Assembly (NCBI GenBank): GCA_038087875.1 | Contig: CM075993.1 | Coordinates: forward strand, 1,366,001-1,430,000 | From: Malacoraja senta | Taxonomy: Eukaryota | Direction: 5' to 3' | Length of the DNA: 64,000 bases | Part shown: positions 35,183 to 48,006 of the stretch, piece after piece | Layout of the letters: each line of letters starts with the position of its first letter | Position numbering within the stretch: the first letter of the stretch is position 1 | The notes under the pieces: model-generated | Database searches by the model: none | The model's input: the letters and a program-made list of their open reading frames with translations, nothing else | Told to the model about the DNA's origin: nothing | Position numbers and translations under genes: made by a program

Positions 35183-36051
35183 GAACAGGCCCCCCTCTAC
35201 CCCCTCCTCCCACTTGGCTTGGCTGCACCTGTCTGACGAAGCCCCAACCCCAGATACCTCTGTACTTTACCACTTCTAGTCTCCACTGTGTCCCCATCTC
35301 CTGATTTTTTTATAGATAGGCTCTTGCGTTTGCCTGTTAAATCCGTGTGAGCATAATTGAAGGGGCAAACTTAAGATGCAAGCAGCCAGAATTGTCCACT
35401 AGTTAGTAATGTTTTGTTGTGTCTGCCTCACTGCTGTTTGGTGACCATTGTAAACCCGCGCTCCTGCGTGAAGCATCCTTTGTTTGAGACCGTGTCCACC
35501 ACTGCAGCTCGTGATTCGTAAACAAAAGGACACAGAGCGCTGGAGTAACTCAGCGGGCCAGGCAGCATCTCTGGAGAACATGGACAGGTGACATTTTGTG
35601 CCGTGACCCTTCTTCAGGCAGGGATAATGACACCACCTCTCTCCGGCCGTGTCCTGAATGCAGTGGACCTCCTGGTTCCTGTGTTGCGATGGAACTGCAG
35701 TCACCGCCCCCCCCCTCCCCCTCCCCCACCTCTGTGTCCGACTCGAGCTGCATGTACCCGACCCCTGCCCCCAGCAACACAGTCCCGCGCAGCTCATTCC
35801 ACCCGGATCTCCTTATCAGAAAGCAGTACATCGATGGGTGACATTTCAGGTCAGGACCCTTCAACGTCTGAAGAAGGGTGTCGAGACTCTCGACCCGGAA
35901 CGTCACCTATCCATGTTCTCCAGAGATGCTGCCTGACCCCCTGAGTTACTCCAGCACTCTGTGTTGTCTGGTGCAAACCAGTATCTGCAGTTCCTTGTTT
36001 CTACAGCTCTGTTTCATGTTACCCTGCTTAATATGGATGTCGGACAGATGA

Positions 36052-36057
36052 AATAAA
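36052..36057 (+). terminator. Candidate poly(A) signal for the ZC3H10-like gene
   Basis: First AATAAA noticed downstream of the stop codon, about 870 nt away. Confidence 0.3.
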
Positions 36058-37099
36058 GCCCATTTAAATGGCTCGCCTCTGGGGGAAAATAATGAGACGA
36101 AGAGAGACAAACTCGGAACTGCAGATGCTGCTTCACACAAAAGGACGCAAAGTACCGGAGTAACTCTGCGACCCTTGGAAGAGTCTCAACCCAAAACCCG
36201 TCAACATCCTTTGTTCGACAGGGATGCTGCCTGACCCGCAGAGTTACTCCAGCACTTTGTGTCCTTTTGTACATTAGTCAGCATCTGCAGTTCTTTCAAC
36301 ATCCTTTGTGCTCTGTGCCACCAACATCCTTGGTCACCAGTCATGCTTAAAATGTGTTGGTCCATTTCAAAATGTAAATTGTCAATTCTGCAGTTTGAAT
36401 GTGATTTCTATTTAAAGTTTGATCTTTACTGGTACAGCTGGTTTCTTGTTTCACTCTGCACCTCTGTTTATAACCTGCACAGATTCCACCACTTTTCTGG
36501 ACCCGAATATTGAGGTGAATCCTAAATTTTAGACCTCGTAAATCCTTTAAAATGTGGGGAGAAATCGGAGCTCCCAGAGAAAACCCACGCGGTCACAGGG
36601 AGAACGTGCAAACTCCGTACAGACAGCACCTGTGGTCGGGATTGAATCCGGGTCTCCTGCGCTGTGAGGCAGTGACTTTACCGCTGCACCACTGTCCAAT
36701 ACTACACACCATTTAATCTGAAATATGTATATCGTAGCCAGCGCAAACATACCTTAGCAGCAAGTTGGGATAACTTGTCTATTAGCACAGTAAGTTTGTT
36801 AAAAGGATCATAATTATGCATTTATCCATGGTGGCAATGGCCACATTAACCACTGCGTCTGCTCACGATGCCTTGGATTGAGGAGAGAATGATATGATTC
36901 TGATGAGAAGAGCTAATGACAAGGACTCCAACTCCTGTGGCCCATTCACCTGCAGTGGCCTTGAGTGGACAAGCCGTGGAGATTCGCTGCTGTCGATTGC
37001 AATCAGACACGTGGTTAGAGGGGGATATGGATCACGTGCAGGCGGACAAGAGTTGGGCACAGACATAGAGGGACAAAGAGCCTGTACCTGTGCTGATCT

Positions 37100-37710
37100 G
37101 TACCGCTCTATGTGACACAGTGTGGAAACAGGCCCAACCTGCCCACACCGGCCAACGTGTCTCATCTACATTAGTCCCACCTGCCCGCGTTTGGTCCACA
37201 TCCTTCCAAACCTATCCCATCCATGTACCTGTCTAACTGTTTCTTAAATATTGGGATAATCCCAGCCTCAACTACCTCCTTTGGCAGCTTGTTCCATACT
37301 CCCACCACCCTTTGTGTGAAAAAGCTACCCCTCAGATTCATATTAAATCTTTTTCCCCATTACCTTAAATCTATGTCCTCTGGTCCACAGTTCCCCTACT
37401 CTGGGCAAGAGACTCTGTGCATCTACCTGATCTATTCCTCTCATGATTTTATCCATCTCTATAAGATCACTCCTCATCCTCCTGTGCTCTAAGGAATGGA
37501 GTCCCAGCCTACTCAACCTCTCACTGTAGCTCAGACCCTCTAGTCCTGGCAACATCCTCGTAAATCTTCTCTATCCTTTCAGTTTGACAACATCGTTCCT
37601 AAAACATGGTGCCCAGAACTGAACACAATACTCTAAATGCGGTCTCACCAACGTCTTGTACAGCTGCAACATGACCTCCCCAACTTCTATACTCGATACT
37701 CTGACTGATG
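37100..37710 (-). mobile_element. CR1 3' fragment
   Basis: ORF 37343-37555(-) MLPGLEGLSYSERLSRLGLHSLE. Confidence 0.85.
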
Positions 37711-38258
37711 GTGCAGGAACTCAGCGGATCGAGCAGCATCTATGAATGAAAATGGACGGACGATGTTTCGAGCCGGGACCCTCCTTCAGACTGATGATCG
37801 TGTGGGGGGGGGGGGGGGGGAGGTGGCGGAAGAGGGCTGGAAAAGTTGGAGTGGGTAAAGTGTCAAAGGCTAGAGGTGAATAGGTCAAAGAAAGGGAGGA
37901 GTGAAATCTAAAGCGGGAGGGGGGGGTATGGGTGGAAGGGGGAGTGTACTGAGATACAATGAAAAGCTTTTGTTTGCCTGCTATGCAGTCAAAGAAAAGA
38001 CTACATGAATACAATCAAGCCGTACACTGCACAGTTAAAGGATAAACGGTACCACATTTAGTGAAAGATATAACTGAAGTCCGATTAAAAATAGTCCAAA
38101 GGTCCACCATGAGGTAGATGGGAGATTAGGACCACTCTTTAACTGGTGAGAGGACGGTTCAGTTGCCTGATAACAACTGGGAAGACAATGTCCCTGAATC
38201 TGGAGGTGTGCACTTTCAAACTTACGTACCCCTTAAGAATCATTTAGGTATATGGATA

Positions 38259-38855
38259 GTGTTAAAGAAGGAACTGCAGATGCTGGAAAATCGAAGGTAC
38301 ACACAGCAGGTGCAGCAGCATCTATGGAGCGATGGAAATAGGCAATGTTTCGGGCCAAAACCCTTCTTCAGACTAATAGGGGGTGGGGAGAAGAAAGGAA
38401 AAAAGGAAAAAAGGCGAAGGAGGAGCCCGAGGGCTGGGGGAGGGGAGGGAGACAACCAGAGGGGCTGATGAAGGGGAGGGGACAGCAAGGGCTAGCAGAA
38501 TTGGGAGAATTCAATGTTCAAGCCCCCAGGATGTAGACTGCCCAAGCGGAATATGAGGTGCATTTCCTCCAATTTCCGGTGTTGCTCGCTGTGGCCATGG
38601 AGGAGACCCAGGACAGAGAGGTCAGATACGGAATGGGAGGGAGAGTTGAAGTGCTGAGCCACCGGGAGGTCAGGTTGGTTATTGCGGACCGACCGGAGGT
38701 GTTCGGCGAAACGATCGCCAAGCCTCCGCTTGGTCTCACCGATGTAGATCAGCTGACATCTAGAGCAGCGGATGCAATAGATGAGGTTGGAGGAGATGCA
38801 GGTGAACCTCTGTCGCACCTGGAACGACTGCTTAGGTCCTTGAATGGAGTCGAGG
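38259..38855 (-). mobile_element. Penelope-like element, GIY-YIG end plus tail
   Basis: ORF 38492-38818(-) NLIYCIRCSRCQLIYIGETKRRLGDRFAEH, nearly identical to the end of ORF 51998-53263. Confidence 0.93.
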
Positions 38856-39524
38856 GCACCCGCTGAGTTTCTCCAGCATTTTTGTGTACCAGGTACATGG
38901 ATAGAACAGGTTTAGAGGAACGTGGGCCAAAGGCAGGCAGGCGGGAATAGCTTAGATGAGGCATGTTGGGTAGAGACCCTTCTTCAGACAGAGTCAGGGA
39001 GAGGGGCGACTAGAGGTATGAAGGTGTTCGGAACAAATCAGAGCTGGCACCGATGACCAAGGAAAGATGGAGCCCACAATGCTCCATTGTTGGCTTTGTA
39101 AGGGATTTATGCAGAAACTAAGCAGAAAGTGTGACATTACCAGTAGAATTCTTTATTAATTTAATTTACTACCAGATCTAGCAGTAGACACGCTGCCTTT
39201 AAGCTGAAACTCTTGCACAGGACCAGAGATGAGTTTTAATTTTTTTTAATTTTTTTTATTTGAGTTTGGTGCAAGTGTAAATATGCTCACTAGATGGCAT
39301 TTCATCACAAGTTTTCACTTGTTGGTAGTTTTGATCAGTTTATTAAATGTTCCAAGACTTTTTCTCTCTCCTTGGGGAATTGGAATACCATTGCATATCC
39401 TTTGTCAGAGTGGTCCTATTTGTTTTGGTCCAATTTTAACCCCGTGAAATATATTACCACGTTTTTAAATGCTTTACAAAAAACCACCCTTTATCCTTCG
39501 ATCAATCTTGCAGGGTTAGGATTT

Positions 39525-40145
39525 CAAGTCAAGTCAAGTCAAGTGAGTTTATTGTCATGTGTCCTGGTAGGACAATGAAATTCTTGCTTTGCTTGAGCAC
39601 AACAGAACATAGTAGGCATTTACTACAAGGCATTCTATAAATATATACACAATGGTCAATATACTGATAAAGTGCAAATAACAGTATTGGCTAGTAAAGT
39701 TCAGTGTTTATGTCCGAGCCAGGTTTAATAGCCTGATGGCTGTGGGGAAGTAGCTATTCCTGAACCTGGTCGTTGCAGTCTTCAGGCTCCTGTACCTTCT
39801 ACCTGAAGGTAGTGGGGAGATGAGTGTGTGGCCAGGATGGTGTGGGTCCTTGATGCTGCCAGCCTTTTTGAGGCAGCGACTGTGGTAGATCCCCTCGATG
39901 GAAGGGAGGTCAGAGCCGATGATGGACTGGGCAGTGTTTACTACTTTTTGTAGCCTTTTCCTCTCCAGGGCACTCAAGTTGCCGAACCAAGCCACGATGC
40001 AACCGGTCAGCATGCTCTCTACTGTGCACCTGTAGAAGTTAGAGAGAGTCCTCCTTGACAAACCGACTCTCCGTAATCTTCTCAGGAAGTAGAGGCGCTG
40101 ATGTGCTTTCTTAATAATGGCATCATTGTTCTCGGACCAGGAAAG
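39525..40145 (-). mobile_element. Rex1/Babar-like LINE 3' part
   Basis: ORF 39708-40061(-) NFYRCTVESMLTGCIVAWFGN..LPSGRRYRSLK; (CTTGA)n tail. Confidence 0.82.
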
Positions 40146-40855
40146 TCTTGGACCGACTGCCTCAAGCCCCTCTATTGATGATTCTCGCTGAGGGACATAT
40201 TTATCTCCTATTCACCTCGCCGCCCACCTACTTATTTCCCTTATGTCTAAAAATATTCGTTTTCTAGACACTGAACCATACAGTTTACAGCTAAATGATT
40301 CCGATTTTAGGTTTGTGTCACATTAACCGACTGCCTCAGAATGAATTTCCCGAGTCTCCCCGTGACCGCATGGGTTTCCTCTGAGTTCTTCGGTTTCCTC
40401 CCGCACTCCAAAGACGCACAGGTTTGTAGGTCAATTAAAATTGTCCCTAGTGTTTGGAGGGTGTTGTTAAGGTGAGGGGATCGCTGGTCAGTACTGACTC
40501 GGTGGGCCGAAGGGCCTGTTTCCGCACTGTATCTCTAAACTAAACTAAAAAAAGTGATGGAGGCACAAAGAGCCTGCAGGTAAGGGTTTCCTGCAGGAGC
40601 TCTGGTTTCCTCCCACATCTCAAAGTCATACGGTTTTTATGTTAATTGACCCTCTGTAAAACTTGCCTCTAGTGTGTAGGGAGTGGATGAGAAAGTGGGA
40701 TAATATAGAACTCGTGTGAATGGGTGATTGGACGACGTGGACACGGTGGGGCTGAAAGTCCTGTCTCCATGTCGTACAGACACTCACCGACTTACGTAAG
40801 GGTTGTGCCCCGCGGGCTCTTGTGTGGGTATGGCACACGTTAATTTACTGTTCAA

Positions 40856-42020
40856 CGTGGAGGCCACAGGGGGGAGCTCCAAGGTGGAGACCAGGGGGGA
40901 ACTCCAAGGTGGAGACCAGGGGGGAGCTCCAAGGTGGAGACCAGGGGGGAGCTCCAAGGTGGAGACCAGGGGGGAGCTCCAAGGTGACCACCTGGGAGCT
41001 CCAAGGTGACCACGGGGGAGCTCCAAGGTGGAGACCAGGGGGGAGCTCCAAGGTGGAGACCAGGGGGGAGCTCCAAGGTGGAGACATAGAAACATAGAAA
41101 TTAGGTGCAGGAGTAGGCCATTCGGCCCTTCAAGCCTGCACCGCCATTCAATATGATCATGGCTGATCATCCAACTCAGTATCCCGTACCTGCCTTCTCT
41201 CCATACCCCCTGATCCCTTTAGCCACAAGGGCCACATCTAGCTCCCTCTTAAATATAGCCAATGAACTGGCCTCGACTACCCTCTGTGGCAGAGAGTTCC
41301 AGAGATTCACCACTCTCTGTGTGAAAAAAGTTCTTCTCATCTCGGTTTTAAAGGATTTCCCCCTTATCCTTAAGCTGTGACCCCTTGTCCTGGACTTCCC
41401 CAACATCGGGAGCAATCTTCCTGCATCCAACCCCTTAAGAATTTTGTAAGTTTCTATAAGATCCCCTCTCAATCTCCTAAATTCTAGAGAGTATAAACCA
41501 AGTCTATCCAGTCTTTCTTCATAAGACAGTCCTGACATCCCAGGAATCAGTCTGGTGAACCTTCTCTGCACTCCCTCTATGGCAATAATGTCCTTCCTCA
41601 GATTTGGAGACCAAAACTGTACGCAATACTCCAGGTGTGGTCTCACCAAGACCCTGTACAACTGCAGTAGAACCTCCCTGCTCCTATACTCAAATCCTTT
41701 TGCTATGAAAGCTAACATACCATTCGCTTTCTTCACTGCCTGCTGCACCTGCATGCCTACCAGGGGGGAGCTCCAAGGTGACCACGGGGGAGCTCCAAGG
41801 TGGAGACCAGGGGGGAGCTCCAAGGTGGAGACCAGGGGGGAGCTCCAAGGTGGAGACCACGGGGGGAGCTCCAAGGTGGAGACTACGGGGGAGCTCCAAG
41901 GTGGAGACCATGAAGGAGTTCCGAAGCGAAGGCCATGAAGGAACTACAAAGGGGAGACCATGAAGGAGCTCTGAGGTGGAGACTACGGGGGAGCTCCGGC
42001 GTGGAGGTTATGAAGGAGCT
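40856..42020 (+). repeat. 25-bp minisatellite (ggggggagctccaaggtggagacca) split by a CR1 insertion
   Basis: Arrays at about 40856-41085 and 41759-42020. Confidence 0.93.
41086..41758 (-). mobile_element. Young 5'-truncated CR1
   Basis: Stop-free [27 protein letters not shown]; (TTTCTATG)n tail. Confidence 0.93.
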
Positions 42021-43570
42021 TTGACTCTCAGTCTGAAGAAGGGTCTCGACCCGAAACGTCACCCATTACTTCTCTCCAGAGGTGCTACCTGTCCCGCTGA
42101 GTTACCCCAGCTTTTTGTGTCTATCCACACGGGGGAGCTCCAACACTGAGAGACTATGGGTGTCAATGGGATTAAAGAATTGCTTATGTAAGTGAGTTTA
42201 TCTAAGCCGCCTATATCGTACGTCTGTGTATAACATGCCTGTATCTCCAAACTAAGTGGAGGAAATTGGACCAATGACATTGTGGGTCGGGACCCTTCTT
42301 CACACTGGCCCGAAACGTCATGTTGAGATCTAGAAATCTGCTTTCCCCACCGCTGTAATCTTGACTTTCAGAAAGTAATTGATATATTTTCCAAAAAGAG
42401 AAGTAATTACAGAACTATGCAGGAAATGAATGGACAGGAGATAATTGGAGAAGGTAGAGTCAGGGCCGTTGCAATGGGATGGATGGCCTTTCTCTGAACG
42501 ATATGATTGCATGCTGCGGGACATTTAATTCATTGGGTGTATAGAGAGCTCATTGTGTTGAAAGGGAATCCATGTTGGGACTTCTTCTTCTTGCGTATGG
42601 CGTGCACAGCCCAAAGTTGTAGGACAACTTGTCCTATTTGATCTTATTTGATTCTGCACGCCAGGTTGGTTGCATTCGTCGAAACAGGGCGGACCAGGTG
42701 AAGGTTGCAATCTCAAAGTAAAGAGGGAAATGAGTTTAAAAGAAGTAGTCACAGCAATGGAAAAACTAGGAACTGCAGAAGCTGGTGTACACAAGAGGAC
42801 ACAGAGTGCTGGAGTAACTCAGTGGGTCAGGCAGCATCTCTGGAGAACATGGATAGGTGACGGTTCAGGTTGGGACACCTCTTCAGAAAGCTGGAAGAGA
42901 GGTGGGGCAGGATAAAGCCTGTAATAGGTATCTGCTTTAACCACCACCCCTGGCAGCATGTTCCAGGCACCCACCGCCCTCTGTGTAAGAACATTTGCCC
43001 CGCACACCTCCTTTAAACTTTGCCCCCCTCTCCTTAAAGCACGCGCTCTAGAACTTGGATTCATCTTGTCATTTCCCTTATAATTCATCTTTTTATTATC
43101 CAATTTCAACCTTTGAGTATTGAGGATATGGCTCTGCTTATTTGAATAATTCAAGTGTTATCGAAGAAATAACAGGATTCTTTTCCATCAAGAGTCACGA
43201 GTGTATTTGTCATATGACCCAGAAACAGCAATGACATTCTGACAACAGATATGTAAACATCGTCGTCTCTAAATCCCACAATAAAGAAAAAAGGTTCAGT
43301 ACATACAAAAAGAAATACAAACAGCAATAATAGTGCAAAGATAAAAACACTGCCCCCCGTTTATAAAGTTCAGAGCTTATTTGGGGGTTGTAGTGTTCAA
43401 TAGACTGATGGTTTAATAGAATAAGCTGCCCCTGAACCTGGACTTTACAATTATCGGGCTTCTGTACCTTCTTCCTGATGGCAGGAGTGAAATGAGAACG
43501 TGGCCAGGGTGATGTGGGTCTCTGATGATGCTGGCTGTGTCTTTGAGGCAGCGACTCCTGCAGATCCCAT

Positions 43571-43766
43571 CGATGGTGGGGAGGTCAGTACTGTGATGGA
43601 CCTTCGATGGTGGGGAGGTCAGTACCTGTGATGGACCTTCGATGGTGGGGAGGTCAGTACCCGTGATGGACCTTCGATGGTGGGGAGGTCAGTACCTGTG
43701 ATGGACCTTCGATGGTGGGGAGGTCAGTACCTGTAATGGACCTTCGATGGTGGGGAGGTCAGTACC
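43571..43766. repeat. 35-bp tandem repeat (about 6 copies) inside a Rex-like LINE fragment
   Basis: cgatggtggggaggtcagtacctgtgatggacctt at 34-35-bp spacing. Confidence 0.93.
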
Positions 43767-45210
43767 AGTGTTCACCACTTTTTGTGATCTTTGTTCCTGG
43801 GCGTTTGAGTTCACAAGTTACAGGAGTAGAATTAGGCCATTCGGCCCATCGAGTCGACTCCACATGGCTGATCTCTGCCTCCTCAACTCATTTTCCTGCC
43901 TTCTCCCAATAACCCTTGGCACTCGTTCTAATCAAGAATTTGTCTATCGCGTCCTTAAAAATGAGAGTTGCTGGACCAGGCTGTGATTGCAACCAGTCCG
44001 CATGCTCGCTACTGTACACCTGCAGAGGTTCAACAGCGTATTCGTTGACACACCAAATCTACTCAACCTTCTGTGGAGGCAGAGGTGTTGAAGGGCTTCC
44101 TTCATGATTGCATCAACATGTTGGGTCCAGGACTGATCTTCAGAGATATGCATGCCCTGGAGTTTGAAGAGTTTGTCTCCACCACCGATGATGAACACAA
44201 GTTGTAATATCTCCAATGTCTTCTCCAATTTCAGGTCGTCCTTGCTTTCTCCCTCCTTCCCCTCCCCTTCCCAGCTTTCCCACAAGCCTACTGTCTCCGC
44301 CTCTTCCTTTCGTTTCCCCCCCCCCCCCCCTCCCGACATCAGTCTGAAGAAGGGTCTCGATGCGAAACGTCGCCTATTCCTTCTCTCCATAGATGCTGCC
44401 TCACCTGCTGAGTTTCTCCAGCATTTTTGTCTACCTTCAATGTTTCCAGCATCTGCAGTTCTTTCTTAAAACATGAACACAAGTTCCTCATTCTTTCTCT
44501 TCCAAAGTCCACGATCAGTTCCTTGGTCCAGTACTATTGACTATTGACTACCAATGGCTGCTCTGAACTAGTGTGGGATGTGTGAGGTTGTTTGTAAGTT
44601 TGATGTTTGTCGGAATGTCCTTATGAAGGAAAGTGGAGTAGCCAGATCAGTGGCAACGGATAGCCGGGGCAAAGGTTGGGTGCAGCAATTTGCTGTGTTA
44701 TGATGGCATTTTGATCTGTACTCATCTGAATTTCACAGGTTGAGTCCACACCATCCACCTAGTTTGGTATGTTATGTAACTTGGACTTCAGTTGAAAAAC
44801 ATGTGAAATGCAAATGTGTTCCAGTTAATGTTACGTAAGACTGTGTTGAATACAAGTGTGAACTTGATTGGGCTTCGCTTATTCACTTTGTTCTCTACGC
44901 TGGAGAAAATCCAATTATTGGCACATAAAATGGGAGCAGGAACAGCCTGCCATATCAGGCCTGCCTCCCACCACTATTCCATCTGATCACGGCTGATCTA
45001 CTCCAGCCTCAGATCCACTGTTGTGACAATTCTCTGCAGCCTCAGTTCCCTGGTTATCCAAAGGTCCATCCACCTCCTCTGTAGATGCCTCCGATGTACT
45101 AGCCTCTGCATCTATCTAGCAGAGATTGCAAGAAGGTTCTGTAGTAGACGATATAAACCAGTCTAGTTCATTATTGTCACGTGTACCGAGGTAAAGTGGA
45201 AAGCTTGTTT

Positions 45211-45885
45211 TGCAGGTACAGCAGGCAATGAAGAAAGCAAATGGCATGTTGGGCTTCATAACACGAGGAGTTGAGTACAGGAGCAAAGAGGTCCTTCTGC
45301 AGTTGTATAGGGCCCTAGTGAGACCACACCTGGAGTATTGTGTGCAGTTTTGGTCCCCTAATTTGAGGAAGGACATTCTTGCTATTGAGGGAGTGCAGCG
45401 TAGGTTTACAAGGTTAATTCCCGGGATGGCAGGACTGTCATACGCTGAGTGAATGGAGCGGCTGGGCTTGTACACTCTGTAGTTTAGAAGGATGAGAGGG
45501 GATCTCATTCAAAAATATAAGATTATTCAGGGTTAGGTCATGCTAGAGGCAGGAAACATGTTCCCGATGTTGGGGGAGTCCAGAACCAGGGGCCACAGCA
45601 GTTTAAGAATAAGGGGTAAGCCATTTTGAACAGAGACGAGGAACCACTTTTTCTCACAGAGAGTTGTGAGTGTGGAATTCTCTGCCTCAGAGGGTGGTGG
45701 AGGCAGGTTCTCTGGATACTATCAACAGAGAGCTAGATAGGGCTCTTAAAAATAGCAGATTCAGGGGATATGGGGAGAAGGCAGGAACGGGGTACTGATT
45801 GGGGATGATCAGCCATGATCACATTGAATGGCGGTGCTGGCTCGAAGGGCCGAATGGCCTACTCCTGCACCTGTTGTCTATTGTT
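45211..45885 (+). mobile_element. CR1 3' fragment
   Basis: ORF 45210-45452 [29 protein letters not shown]. Confidence 0.9.
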
Positions 45886-48006
45886 GCGTGCTGTGGACTA
45901 AAATACTGCTGAAATAGGATTTGTGTCGATGGAGACGTGAAGATCAGCATAAACGTGGTGGGATGAAGGGCCTGTTTTTCTGTGATCTCTGAACCAATGT
46001 GAAATAAAACCAGAAAGTGCTGGAATCGCTCAGCAAGTCTGGCAGCATCTGTGGAGAAAATGGAGTGAATGGTTAATTTAGTTTAACTGAAAAGAAAGGT
46101 ATGTTTAAGTCTGAAGAAGGATCTCGACCCGAAACGTCACCCATTCCTTCTCTCCAGAGATGCTGCCTGTCCCGCTGAGTTACTCCAGCTTTGTGTGTCT
46201 ATCTTGGGTGTAAAGCAGCATCGGCAGTTCCTTCCTACACAAAGGTATGTTTAAGATGCCGAGAGGAGGAGGGAGTGCACAGAAGGGCAGGAATGTCTGA
46301 GGACTAATCAGTCCCTCTCCTGGGGTGGGAGACTGCAACCTGGTCCGCCCTGTTTCGATGAATGCAATCAACCCTGAAGCAGAATCAAATAAGATCAAAT
46401 AGAACAAGTTGTCCTCCAACTTTAGGCTGTGCACGCCATATGCAAGAAGAACCAGAGTCCCTCTCCTTCCACCGCCATCCTTCACATGGTGGTTATCGGT
46501 CCCACGCTGAACAACTTCTCCTTTTGACTCCATTCTCCAAGTTGAAGATATATCCAAGCAATGCTGGAGCAAAGAGCTGGCAGAACTCAATGGCTCGGGC
46601 AGCATCTGTGGGGAGAAAGGACAGTACAGTACTGGAAAAACAATACTGTATGTACTAAACATACGATAAACACACACACAACGGGAACAAACGCCATCAT
46701 ATTTGGACACAAATTGCTGGAGTAACTCAGCGGGACAGGCAGCATCTCTGGAGAGGAGGGATAGGTGACTTTTCTGGTCGAGACCCTTTTTCAGACTGAG
46801 GGTTTCGACCCGAAATGTTTTTTTCCTGAAGGATATTGGAAATAGCCCATAGTTTGTGCAGTCCGTAGAGACAGATGATTCATGTCAAGGAAACTGAAAA
46901 TCTAAACATGGTTTTTGTTTTGTTAGTGACACATAACCTGTGCTACTTGCGAAGAAATAATTAGCGGTTAGACGTGTGACCTTGGGCACAATGGTGACAC
47001 CTCAAACAATGCTACACTTTCAGAGATGATTAGAGCCCAGCAGGATTCCTCAAGAAACAGCGGTGAAATAAAGAGGAACAACGTCCCACCCGAACTGCGA
47101 GGAACGTCATTGACATTTAGCAAACTGGCTCTGATTTGTGTTCCTGAGTCGTAAACGCATTCCTGTAGATATGCTCCAGCTTCCTGGCACGCTGCTTACA
47201 CATGTTTAGTTATGACAACAGCAACGCACGATTCAACTCAACTCATACTTGTTTACCAAGGTCCTACCGCAACTGACCCGTCCCCACCGGTACTGTACCC
47301 CAGTGTTATACACACAGACCAGTCCCCACTGGTACTGTACCCCAGTGTTATACACACAGACCAGTCCCCACCCTTACTGTACCCCAGTGTTACAGTGACA
47401 TATTTGTTCCTGCTCATACTCTACCCAGACTTATACAGTTGCAGTCATCGAGTGATACAGCAGGGAAACAGGCCCTTCGGCCCAACTAGACCATGCCAAC
47501 CAAGATGCCCCATCCACACAGGTCCCTGGTGCTGTAGGGCAGCAACTCCACCGCTGTGTCCCTCGCCATGGGTTGAAGGGAGCTAATTACATTCTGTTCT
47601 GTTCAGGTAAGGGGACAGGTAGATTGCGGGAGGCTGCAGGTGTCTTCATTTTAACGTCAGATCTGACAAAAGACTGATGCCGACACGCAGTGTGATGAAG
47701 CAGTTTCAGCGTGTTGAGCTATCGGGAAAGGATCAGTGTAGGGTGCGGCCCAACCTGTCACTGCTGCTGAAGTAATGAAGAGGTGCTTTCACAATGTTAC
47801 TGAGGATATTCCCTAATACCTGTTCCAGGAAGTATTTGCAAATCTTTATGCAAAACACTAAGGGTTCATAAAATGGAAAGGAGATAAGTTTAGGCCAACT
47901 GCAGATACTGAGTCAGAAGTCGAGAGTGTTGAGCTGCTGTGTGCCCTGGGACCAGAACAATGGCATTTCCATGTGTTGCAACATTACATACGTGACCCTG
48001 CAACAG

